IMG/VR virus record: IMGVR_UViG_3300032327_000745 | Coordinates: 1-26,912 of that record | Length of the DNA: 26,912 bases | Source of the DNA: a virus | Taxonomy: Duplodnaviria > Caudoviricetes | Direction: 5' to 3' (one strand) | Shown here: piece after piece, positions 9,601 through 16,898 of the stretch | Layout of the letters: each line of letters starts with the position of its first letter | Numbering within the stretch: the stretch's first letter is position 1 | Notes under the pieces: model-generated | Databases searched by the model: none | What the model was told of the DNA's origin: nothing | The model's input: only the letters and a program-made list of their open reading frames with translations | Translations under genes and position numbers: made by a program

Positions 9601-9929
9601 CCGTGGTATAAGGTTGGTTCGACCATTGGGTGGTTATTTTCCATAAACCGTGCCAAATTTTCTTCGTGTTTTGGCTGGCCACCCATCAATTTTTTGGCGG
9701 CGTTGACAGCCTCTTCAACCGCACCAGCAACAGGTTTTACAAATCCTTTGCCCGAATAACCCCCGCGCTCAAATTTCATCTGACCAACAGGCCAGTTCTT
9801 GCGGATCACTGATGCGTAATCACCGCCGCCAGCCAAGGGGACAGATGATTCGGCGAGTGTCTGCAACGCCTGATTGTAGGCATTGGTTGCACTGATTTCG
9901 TCCGCATCATCGCCCTTGTAAACCGCCAT
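6690..9929 (-). CDS. Large polyvalent protein with two ADP-ribosyltransferase-like (ART-PolyVal-type) domains
   Basis: Domain 1: LYHGS...GFWFS...GYDGVI...YVAFEPNQIKSATENRGTFD. Domain 2: AYHGSPHDFDRFD...GEGAQSYGHGLYL...GLKGIQYLD...NYVMFDD. G/A-rich low-complexity C-terminus; directly follows the portal. Confidence 0.75.
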   Translation of the reverse strand: MAVYKGDDADEISATNAYNQALQTLAESSVPLAGGGDYASVIRKNWPVGQMKFERGGYSGKGFVKPVAGAVEEAVNAAKKLMGGQPKHEENLARFMENNHPMVEPTLYHGSPEKGFTVFDKSKINPNDPDAPYNGFWFSSNERDALRAGKFPYGRPNAPDAEVRPFHVALKNPAPESVVKGAIEQWENGDRSDTLQNSVRNILANAGYDGVIHEPPVKFSESQLAELSSGLPVPTGRANGQYLKKTDNGTYSLYDKNIGEITGGWGNPHDFAKMEGGTYVAFEPNQIKSATENRGTFDSLNPDITKSTGGKIGYARGGYATEGYVDDQSEMDQTTLDQLIKDSKNIIASRNDTITPTRTEEPRWYEDVGQYLAEKGPQTGTGRPTLGGERVAKGFERLLGTSDFVIPQSATDVALMAMPGGGPIRKAIGAGTVALDQMINPAEAGQGNNLKRAGSAVSDALSKAWEGIRAYHGSPHDFDRFDIKKINTGEGAQSYGHGLYLAEAEPVAQTYRGDPEARYRYYSGHMNPKEEAAFHLATQPDARDMDVMMGLAKKYGQSIDFDEAQRLAKEAMKVRGHMYEVNINAHPEHMLNWDKDLTEQNPYVLDAINKIVPKDERRIGGLREFVGNPDDYAGGAIIDYLRGAYGPQKTTDMLHDAGLKGIQYLDAGSRLGGKQTSNYVMFDDKLIDILRKYGIIPAALGANEMRGEETRADGGAVDGALRLARGGYAYGGSPYDIYSGIQGIQPFQFNPAMPSTVDNIPSGQQGPSYIPPVAPPVAANPTAPKVEPTVSTYEGGGGSGGGGNSSVGPGGPGSGLGTPGQSGLSGMFGGGFGTMAGGMLGSALGTAVAGPVGGLVGGLAGRAMASSLAAPSISPELAAAMAAAKADMAAKADAASGKATAAQTAAQTAAQNANTNAAMAAAVSNDLGTPAAQTAADQENANSAAGRAVGAPEMAAAMSADQAAATSAQNAADQASANSAADSANGVGGGGGLGGGPDASAGGPDASAGGPDANSGSQAESQGSGNDSGQGDNSGYARGGSPHANNSANNAIRLAHLIHNEMRSDPLFDRKIQSILSRL

Positions 9930-9940
9930 AGCGCAGTTCC

Positions 9941-12259
9941 TTACTTGATTTCACCGTCAGGCGAAGGTTGCAACGCTGGCTCGTTTGACTCCAGACGATC
10001 CAACATATCAGGTTTAATCAATTTGTCAGCTATTGCGAGGCCTTCAGGGTTCTTTGCCATGTCTTCGGCAAGGCGCAAGGTTGCCAGACGCTCACGGCTC
10101 TCACGATCACGTTTGCGGTTGATAGCATCAAGCGTCACATCCTGCCGCCGCTGTTCGATCTCAGCCTGCTTCAGAGCCATCTCGGTTTGCTTCTGCTCAA
10201 TTGCAACTGGGTCTTGCTGGTTGCCTTCCGTCTGCATTTTCAACTGCGTCTCGGCAACCTTCGCCTGAGCCGTCATCATCTTGGACTGCGAATCAATCTC
10301 AAGTGCCTTGGCCTGTGCCATTTGCAACATAGCCTCTGGGCGTGGAAGCGAAGGCGTGTCCTGATCTTTCAGCAAGTTTTCCGCACTGCCCCAACCAAGG
10401 GTATTGAGGGCTTCTTTGTTGACTTCCTCAAGGTTGTAGAGGTCAGGGGCCATCTGCGCCAATTGGATCAATGCCGTCACACGCATCACACGTTGCATGT
10501 GGCTGGCGGTATTTGGATCAGCCTGTGGCACAAGCATGAAATTATCCAATGCCTGAACAAAGGTTGCCTCATCCCACGGCATGGCTGGCTTCTTGTTGCG
10601 TTGCCAAAAACTGTTGGGATGCTCACGGAAACATTCAGCCAGAAGCTGGAACTCATCAGCCTGTGCCGCATGCATACGCTTGTGAACCGAATTAAGCACC
10701 TTCTGGGCCTGTTCAATGACCGCCAAGGTAGTGCCTACAGGGGCATCTGCGCGGCCCTCCCCCACGGCCAATTCTGCGGTTCCACCGACACGCTGGCCAT
10801 ACTGGCTGATGTTCTCGCACAACTGCATCAACGCGCCTGATGGCTCCTTGTAGGGGAGCGGCATCACAGCCTGCTGGATTGGCATGCCCTGCGTATCAAT
10901 CTGCGCCCCGCCGCCGGGAGGCACACGGAAGATGTTGCTGTTCTGACGGCCCGACGATTTGGCATAGAGGAAACCGGGGAAGTTGGCATACATCCCAGCG
11001 TCCAGCATCTCGCGCCAGCCAGCGGTCAGCGCATTAGTCGTATTACCCAAGATATGAAGCAAACCAATATCATAGAACCCAAGCCCCGGCACAAACGAGT
11101 ATTTCACAAAGACCCGCTTGGCCTCTGGCAATTCCGAATCATCTTCATCAAAGTTGCGAACAATGCTCAAAATTTTCTTTGACGATGCGTCGATGGTGAC
11201 ACGGTATGGAACCTCCAGCCCGCTGTTCTCGCCATCGATGGCATGCTCGAAACCTTTGATGTCCAGTTCGCAATAGCATTCGTAAATCTGGCGGTCACGA
11301 TCCTCAGCCGACTTCACATCAAACTGCACACCCTGTTGCGCGTTCTTTTCCTGCTGAACGGCATCCGGCTCGCGTGGGTTTGGCTGGCTCAGTTCAACGT
11401 CACGGTATGCGCCAATGATCTGCATGCGCTTAACAACAGATGGGCGCATGAACAGGCGGTGCGTGATGCGCCGTGCGTTGTCCAGATCGGTCGCCTGATT
11501 GTTGACGATGAAATCATCCGCATCGATGCTTTCCGACACAGGGCGGTTTCGCAACGGGCAGAAATAAATCTTTTTGAACGCCGTGCCGCCAAAGCCAAGC
11601 ATGAACAACATGCGGTCGGTGTCTGGGTAATACGCCTTGTCGGTCGCAGTCAGGTAGTGGTTCATGTCCCGCTCAAGGGATTCGGCCAGCTTGTCCTGTT
11701 CAGGGTTCCGATTGTTGCTATCGTCGCGCACCTTCACGGGGCCATCAGTTGGCAACAGCTCCGAACGGGCATTGGCCTGAAAACGCAACACGGCTTCCAG
11801 CAACAGCGGGTGACGGACCTTGCTCATGCCCTCGATCGGCGCACCATCAGTGCCGCCAGTAGTTCCCGGCAGTTCGATCTTGAGGCCCAGCAAGCGCAGA
11901 CCCTGTGCGCGGTCCTGTATCCACTCCTCGCGGCTGGACAGGTCTTCCTCAATCCCACGAACTAGATCGTCAGCAATGCGGGAAAGTTCATTATCATCAA
12001 TTTCTTCGGCAAGATTGGCAAACCAGCCTTCGTTTTTCTTTTTGTCCGCCTCTTCAATCGGTTTTCCGTCCAAGGATACCGTAATTGACCCATCGCCGTG
12101 GTCAATGCGAAGAATATTGCCCTTTTGGTCAAACTGGGGCTGGTCGCTTTTGCCATCTGCGTCTGCGACAACGATCACATCCATACCGCCAGCGGGTTTA
12201 GGTTGCGGGGTTTGATCCACAAGACGGATGTTTGGAACGAGGCCGGGGGTCAGAGCCAT
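9941..12259 (-). CDS. Portal protein (P22-like)
   Basis: 772 aa; HPLLLEAVLRFQANARSELLP.DGPVK, GTAFKKIY, PGLGFYDIGL, VGTTLA...HKRMH; C-terminal coiled-coil barrel. Confidence 0.88.
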   Translation of the reverse strand: MALTPGLVPNIRLVDQTPQPKPAGGMDVIVVADADGKSDQPQFDQKGNILRIDHGDGSITVSLDGKPIEEADKKKNEGWFANLAEEIDDNELSRIADDLVRGIEEDLSSREEWIQDRAQGLRLLGLKIELPGTTGGTDGAPIEGMSKVRHPLLLEAVLRFQANARSELLPTDGPVKVRDDSNNRNPEQDKLAESLERDMNHYLTATDKAYYPDTDRMLFMLGFGGTAFKKIYFCPLRNRPVSESIDADDFIVNNQATDLDNARRITHRLFMRPSVVKRMQIIGAYRDVELSQPNPREPDAVQQEKNAQQGVQFDVKSAEDRDRQIYECYCELDIKGFEHAIDGENSGLEVPYRVTIDASSKKILSIVRNFDEDDSELPEAKRVFVKYSFVPGLGFYDIGLLHILGNTTNALTAGWREMLDAGMYANFPGFLYAKSSGRQNSNIFRVPPGGGAQIDTQGMPIQQAVMPLPYKEPSGALMQLCENISQYGQRVGGTAELAVGEGRADAPVGTTLAVIEQAQKVLNSVHKRMHAAQADEFQLLAECFREHPNSFWQRNKKPAMPWDEATFVQALDNFMLVPQADPNTASHMQRVMRVTALIQLAQMAPDLYNLEEVNKEALNTLGWGSAENLLKDQDTPSLPRPEAMLQMAQAKALEIDSQSKMMTAQAKVAETQLKMQTEGNQQDPVAIEQKQTEMALKQAEIEQRRQDVTLDAINRKRDRESRERLATLRLAEDMAKNPEGLAIADKLIKPDMLDRLESNEPALQPSPDGEIK

Positions 12260-12344
12260 AAGGTATCCCTCAATTCAGATTTCCCCCCACTATAAGCGAA
12301 AGATCACCTGAAATCAAAGGCGCAAAAAGCAGAATACCCGCAAA

Positions 12345-12761
12345 TCACTCTTTGTCTGGCAAAACCACAAATTTCTTTGCGATTTCCTGATAACCAGCGG
12401 CTGTCGGGTGGATATTATCCCATTCCAGCTTGTTTGCAGGCCGTTCTATTGCCCCATCGCCATACTTTTCGGCTATGTCACGCACGATTTGGCCCGCAGG
12501 ACCATAGGGGACAACCCAAATAAAAGTGCGATTGCCCCCGCCAAGGCGAACACGCAACGTCTCAAGCGTCATCTTGGTGGTCCGAGCCTCTCCATCATTG
12601 TTTCCAAGGCTTATGACGGTGACTTTGGCTGGGTCAATCACCCTATATCGGCTGTTGAACTGTTCGCTGGTGATGCCAACCTTGGCAATTGAACTGCAAT
12701 CGCGGCGGTATGTGGCAGTGCCAACCGCGATGCTGTCCCCTATGATAAGGCAATCAAGCAT
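12345..12761 (-). CDS. SGNH/GDSL hydrolase
   Basis: Block I IIGDSIA, block III SLGNND, block V DNIHPTAAGY; start revised to ATG 12761. Confidence 0.8.
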   Translation of the reverse strand: MLDCLIIGDSIAVGTATYRRDCSSIAKVGITSEQFNSRYRVIDPAKVTVISLGNNDGEARTTKMTLETLRVRLGGGNRTFIWVVPYGPAGQIVRDIAEKYGDGAIERPANKLEWDNIHPTAAGYQEIAKKFVVLPDKE

Positions 12762-12930
12762 CTGCCCGCTCCTCGACAATCTCAACATCTTCCCATGCGT
12801 CAGAACCCTCCCGCTTGAACTCAAAACGGTGGCGGCTGATCACTTCTTTCATCACAACATTGCCGTCCTGATCCTTTTCAGGCACTAGATCAATGATATT
12901 GACGGCACGAATGGCAATAATAGGGTTCAT
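12754..12930 (-). CDS. 58-aa hypothetical protein (below the ORF-track cutoff)
   Basis: MNPIIAIRAVNIIDLVPEKDQDGNVVMKEVISRHRFEFKREGSDAWEDVEIVEERADA; ATGA overlap with the upstream stop, and it overlaps the SGNH start. Confidence 0.6.
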   Translation of the reverse strand: MNPIIAIRAVNIIDLVPEKDQDGNVVMKEVISRHRFEFKREGSDAWEDVEIVEERADA

Positions 12931-13127
12931 TTGACTACCTTTGCTGGTTTTGCGTCTGCGATACCAAGTTGTTTATATACCTTTAGTAGTATAATCCGTG
13001 GTGTGTTTTTGGAAACTTTGAACTTCCTTGCGATAGACGCATAGGACATTCCCTTCCTCCGCATTTCAAGCATAGCCGCACGACGAATGCCGCGCTCTTC
13101 ATGTTCTGTTTTGGTAGCCGCCATCAT
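12927..13127 (-). CDS. Small HTH DNA-binding protein
   Basis: MLEMRRKGMSYASIARKFKVSKNT helix-turn-helix; start revised to ATG 13127 (ATGA overlap). Confidence 0.65.
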   Translation of the reverse strand: MMAATKTEHEERGIRRAAMLEMRRKGMSYASIARKFKVSKNTPRIILLKVYKQLGIADAKPAKVVK

Positions 13128-13327
13128 TTGTTCTCTTGTTGTTGAAGCATTGATACATTCGGTGGCAATTTGACTTGCGGGTTGGCCCATGTCCAACACT
13201 CGCCTGTTGCGTCAGTGAAGCATACCCAGAGCAGATGGTGTTCCTGCCCGTAATCAATCAGGAAATGCGCCTTTGCCAAACCTTTTGGGGTGATCATTGG
13301 TATGGTTGGATCAAGTTGGATGATCAT
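13124..13327 (-). CDS. Conserved phage hypothetical protein
   Basis: MIIQLDPTIP...TPKG...IDYGQEH..W...TGECWTW pattern; ATGA coupling on both sides. Confidence 0.7.
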   Translation of the reverse strand: MIIQLDPTIPMITPKGLAKAHFLIDYGQEHHLLWVCFTDATGECWTWANPQVKLPPNVSMLQQQENK

Positions 13328-13587
13328 TCTTCTTCGCCCAATGCTTCACGAGCGGCTTTGACATGGTTGTCAACGACAAACATCAAGTTCAATTCCTCGT
13401 CTTCTTCCCAGCCATCAGACATGTCGGCGATGTATTCCAGTGCTTCCCGCAAGTCGAAGTTTCTTCTCCGCAACCATGCAATTTCTTTTCGCATGGCAAT
13501 GCCTTGGCATTCTTCAAGGCAATGAGTGTTCATTGCTTGGCCTTCAATTTTAAGTGAAGCAATTCCCAAAAGATTTTTGTCCATCAT
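13324..13587 (-). CDS. Hypothetical protein
   Basis: AGGAG SD; helical LREALEYIA...AAREALG tail typical of phage accessory genes. Confidence 0.6.
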   Translation of the reverse strand: MMDKNLLGIASLKIEGQAMNTHCLEECQGIAMRKEIAWLRRRNFDLREALEYIADMSDGWEEDEELNLMFVVDNHVKAAREALGEEE

Positions 13588-13606
13588 TTACTCCTATATG
13601 TGTTGT

Positions 13607-13720
13607 GGTGTCAGCTAATCTGGTTTCACGGTTGAACACCTCTTGCGGGGACCGAACCAAACCTTGTTGCTATGCGCTCACCCGTTGCTGACGCGGCTGT
13701 GGAGGAACCTACCCCGCAAA
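13607..13720 (-). ncRNA. Candidate structured RNA or 5' leader
   Basis: Nested stems GUCAGC/GCUGAC, GGUUUGGUU/AACCAGAUU (three G-U pairs work only on the minus strand) and CGGU/ACCG; alternative pairing UUGCGGGG/CCCCGCAA. Confidence 0.4.
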
Positions 13721-13723
13721 TCC

Positions 13724-13764
13724 TGTATATCGAGTATTTACATTAAATGCAAACGGTGTAGAAT
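13724..13764. promoter_or_regulatory. Overlapping divergent sigma70-like promoters
   Basis: Minus: TTGCAT (13752-13747), 17 bp, TATACA (13729-13724). Plus: TTTACA (13737-13742), 16 bp, TAGAAT (13759-13764). Confidence 0.5.
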
Positions 13765-13863
13765 GCAAGCCCTGTAAACGATTGAAACCATTCGGTTTTG
13801 TCATTACAGTTACACAATAGTTTGACCTTGTGATAAAACAAGCTGTCATCATGGAGATTACAC

Positions 13864-14802
13864 ATGACATTTGCACCACTCAGCAAAGAACTGATGCTGG
13901 AGACAATTCGGCAGTGGAATGCGGCGGGGTCAATCAGTTCAGCGGCCCGCTTGGCTCAAATCCCTCGCACGACATTCCAGAACCGCTTTCATCAAGCCGA
14001 GCAACAATTCCCCGACTTGATCAAGACACCCAAAAAGCATGACGGCACGTTTCAGCCGTGGACATACCCAAACACAATCATTCCAGAAACGGAAATCAAA
14101 ACCGTCCTCATTGGCGGTGATGCACACATCTGGAACAAAGAGCCGAGCCTGATGTGGCAAGCCTTCTGCAAGGTTGCCAAGTCCGTCAAGCCGGATGCCA
14201 TTGTCCTGAATGGCGATATCCTTGACGGCGCAAAGGTATCCCGCCACAGCCGCCACCTTGGCTCCCGCGCACCAAAGATCGGTGACGAGATTGATGCCGC
14301 CCGTGAGTGGCTCCGCATGCTCCCCAAGGTTCAAACCCGCATATGGACAATGGGCAACCACGATCAGCGCGTTGACAACTACCTTGCCAACCAAGCACCA
14401 GAACTGGAAGACTACGCAGGCCGTTTGTCTGACCGCTTCCCCGACTGGCAGTTCTGCTACTCAACCGCCATAAACGGGGTGGAGATACGCCACCGCTTCC
14501 GTGGAGGTATTCATGCCGGATGGAACAACGCACTGCATGGCGGCATCACCATCGTAACCTCCCACACCCACCAGTTGCAGGTGACCGCCGTCCGCAACCG
14601 CAATGGCTCTCACTACGGCATTGAATGCGGCATGCTGGGCGACCCACAGTCCGCCGCCTTTGAATACACCGAGGGCGCACCGTCTCGCGTCTGCGCTGGC
14701 TTTGTCCTTCTCAGCTTTGACGATGACGGCAATGTCCTACCGCCAGAGTGCGCTGAGATGATTCGTGGACGTCCCGCCTTCCGTGGAAAATATGTCTTTT
14801 GA
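13864..14802 (+). CDS. Calcineurin-like metallophosphoesterase with N-terminal HTH
   Basis: GDAH, GDILD, GNHD and SHTH motifs; N-terminal SISSAARLAQIPRTTFQNR HTH; GGAG SD. Confidence 0.85.
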   Translation: MTFAPLSKELMLETIRQWNAAGSISSAARLAQIPRTTFQNRFHQAEQQFPDLIKTPKKHDGTFQPWTYPNTIIPETEIKTVLIGGDAHIWNKEPSLMWQAFCKVAKSVKPDAIVLNGDILDGAKVSRHSRHLGSRAPKIGDEIDAAREWLRMLPKVQTRIWTMGNHDQRVDNYLANQAPELEDYAGRLSDRFPDWQFCYSTAINGVEIRHRFRGGIHAGWNNALHGGITIVTSHTHQLQVTAVRNRNGSHYGIECGMLGDPQSAAFEYTEGAPSRVCAGFVLLSFDDDGNVLPPECAEMIRGRPAFRGKYVF

Positions 14803-14859
14803 AATTCATAATTCGCGCATACGATCTTTTGGCAATCCCCCAAACCCTTGGAGAGTATC

Positions 14860-15123
14860 ATGGCTTCCGTATTTGATATTGGCACTATCGGCATCGATGA
14901 GAGCGATGAGACCGTCATCGAGTTCACCGAAGAGTTTATGGAACTGACCGTCGAAGAACGCCTCGACGCAATGAACAACGTGATCGACTATGTCCTGTCG
15001 CTCATTGAAGAGGTCGAAGATATCGATTTGGACATCGACGGCGAAGACGAAGACGAGGAAGATGCTGAAACCGAATCAGATGATGATGACGATGACGCCT
15101 TCGATCCTCTGCAACTGTCGTAA
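14860..15123 (+). CDS. Highly acidic small protein
   Basis: ATG 14860 after GGAGAG; about 36 of 87 residues are D/E, one R, no K. Confidence 0.7.
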   Translation: MASVFDIGTIGIDESDETVIEFTEEFMELTVEERLDAMNNVIDYVLSLIEEVEDIDLDIDGEDEDEEDAETESDDDDDDAFDPLQLS

Positions 15124-15130
15124 GTGATTG

Positions 15131-15150
15131 GGGGGCTTCGGCCCCCTTTT
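15131..15150 (+). terminator. C(UUCG)G hairpin intrinsic terminator
   Basis: GGGGGC-TTCG-GCCCCC-TTTT. Confidence 0.8.
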
Positions 15151-15620
15151 CAATTCGTGACTACCCACAGCACCACAAAGATCAGCCCGAACGCAATACC
15201 GCCAATCAACACCATACCGACAACCGCGCTGATCAATTCAAATAGTTCGTCCTGCTTGCGCCTCTGCTCGGCCTCAGCCAGTGCCGCCTGCCGCTTCATC
15301 TCAGCCACAGCGCGTTGCACCTGATCCCACGCATCCATGCCATATGCCGCGATGAAATGGCCCCGCACCTGCATCGCCATATCGTGCGCCTTGGCCTTCG
15401 CCGCATACAGTTCAATCGCCCGCGCCTCGTAGCTTTCACGGGACGATCCGATATTCACATGCTTGGCAGGTTCAGCCGCCATGCGCGTCAGCTTGGCAAC
15501 GCTGTCCCACAGGCCAGCAAGGTCGCCAGCCATGTGCTGGATTTCCTTGCCAACTGCAATGCCAGCCTTGATCGCGTTATAGGAAGCGGTGCATGCCGCT
15601 AATACAGTCACTGGGTCCAT
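15150..15620 (-). CDS. Hypothetical membrane protein with a C-terminal TM helix
   Basis: MDPVTVLAA...AIKAGI start; hydrophobic C-terminus; GAGGTG SD. Confidence 0.7.
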   Translation of the reverse strand: MDPVTVLAACTASYNAIKAGIAVGKEIQHMAGDLAGLWDSVAKLTRMAAEPAKHVNIGSSRESYEARAIELYAAKAKAHDMAMQVRGHFIAAYGMDAWDQVQRAVAEMKRQAALAEAEQRRKQDELFELISAVVGMVLIGGIAFGLIFVVLWVVTN

Positions 15621-15660
15621 GATCCACCTCTCGGCGGTATCTTACCACGGCCCCCAAAGA

Positions 15661-16053
15661 CTATGAAGGCGAATTACTCAGTCTTTGCTTTTTTGACATG
15701 GCCTTCACCTTCGCAGTCCATTCATCAGCCAATCTGCGCGTGGACTCAAAGTCAAGATCGGCATCGACGTTGCCCGTGATTTTGCCTTCGTTTTTCAGAT
15801 CAAGCAGGTTCTTTGCGTATTTCTCTGCTGACATCCCCCAGAGTTCGCACAGTTCAATCTGCTCACTGGTCAAAGCCACCGTCACAGGCATGCGAACCAT
15901 GTAAGTCGGAACCGTCACCGCTGTTGTTGCAACCGTTTCAGCAACCGCCAATGGTGCGGCTTCCACTGCCGCAGGGATTGCCGCCTTCGCACCAGCCGTT
16001 GCCGCGCCAGCACCAAGGCCAAGCATGGCAAGGAAAGATCGCCGCTTCATCAT
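15661..16053 (-). CDS. Twin-arginine (Tat) signal protein carrying a scaffold-tail homolog
   Basis: MMKRRSFLAMLGLGAGAATAGAKA (RRxFL, h-region, AxA); residues at 15778-15882 are 19/35 identical to the scaffold C-terminus. Start revised from 16089. Confidence 0.75.
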   Translation of the reverse strand: MMKRRSFLAMLGLGAGAATAGAKAAIPAAVEAAPLAVAETVATTAVTVPTYMVRMPVTVALTSEQIELCELWGMSAEKYAKNLLDLKNEGKITGNVDADLDFESTRRLADEWTAKVKAMSKKQRLSNSPS

Positions 16054-16248
16054 TTTGTTGCCCACCATTTCCTCATGAAATTCAAGCAATCATCAAGACT
16101 GCCAGCAAATAGCAACGAGTGATACCCGTTTGCAAAGTCATGCTCTTTTACCACAAAGCCGCCATGCTCCAACTTGATGATGATGATTGCCGTTGTCATT
16201 TGGTTTATAATTTCCCAAAAACGTCAAACCAGATTGAACAAATCGTCA

Positions 16249-16374
16249 TCAATCATCCTCCAGCACCGCTTCATCGGCTTCTTCTTTGGTGTCGTATGGG
16301 CCGTGGAAAGGCTGGTCATTTTCATCCAGAACCCAAAACCGACCAAATTCATCCATAGAGACATAAAGTTCCAT
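16249..16374 (-). CDS. 41-aa acidic hypothetical protein (below the ORF-track cutoff)
   Basis: MELYVSMDEFGRFWVLDENDQPFHGPYDTKEEADEAVLEDD; TGATG coupling; GPYDTKEEA motif common in small phage proteins. Confidence 0.6.
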   Translation of the reverse strand: MELYVSMDEFGRFWVLDENDQPFHGPYDTKEEADEAVLEDD

Positions 16375-16586
16375 CACTCTTTCTCCCCCATTAATACAAG
16401 TTCAGCATATGATTTCGGATCAATTTCTTCCTCACGGTCCACAATCCGCTCTAATGCTCTGCGGAACCGCCAATTTTCTTTGGCAAGATCGTCAACAGTG
16501 GCCCGCAACCGTTCGATCTCATCAGCCGCCGCATCAATGTCATATCTGCCTGTGACGTGAAACCGCAACTTTTCAACAATGTCCAT
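16374..16586 (-). CDS. Hypothetical protein
   Basis: MDIVEKLR...AADEIERLR pattern common in phage accessory genes; AGGAGG SD. Confidence 0.7.
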   Translation of the reverse strand: MDIVEKLRFHVTGRYDIDAAADEIERLRATVDDLAKENWRFRRALERIVDREEEIDPKSYAELVLMGEKE

Positions 16587-16609
16587 CAGTCATCCTCCTG
16601 ACAACGGGT

Positions 16610-16858
16610 TTACGCCAAATCTGTTGGAGGTTGCCAGACATACCGATAACCATTGAAAACAAACCCATGCCCGACAAGGACTTCTTTGAAGTTTGCCAAA
16701 GACTTAACCCCAAAATTACGACAGTCGAGCAACTCTGTGTCATCCAACAAAGCAAAGTCAGCCAATTTAAAATCAAAAGGAAAATTGTTCTTCAAACAAG
16801 TTTGAACCCTTTGTGAGAAACCAGCATCGTATAAGTCTATGGTCTTTGGGTCTTGCAT
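16610..16858 (-). CDS. Stand-alone RNA polymerase alpha C-terminal-domain-like protein
   Basis: FSQRVQTCLK and ELLDCRNFGVKSLANFKEVLVGHG align with E. coli RpoA LTVRSANCLK and [30 protein letters not shown] SD. Confidence 0.8.
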   Translation of the reverse strand: MQDPKTIDLYDAGFSQRVQTCLKNNFPFDFKLADFALLDDTELLDCRNFGVKSLANFKEVLVGHGFVFNGYRYVWQPPTDLA

Positions 16859-16898
16859 CGTTATCCTCCTGTGTTGATCCGTTTACAATAAATGCAAA

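Noticed and set aside
13607-13720. tRNA or hammerhead ribozyme
   Set aside because: No cloverleaf or T-loop and no CUGANGA/GAAA core on either strand.
16174-16560. 128-aa plus-strand ORF with hydrophobic N-terminus
   Set aside because: Overlaps better-supported coupled minus-strand genes; no SD.
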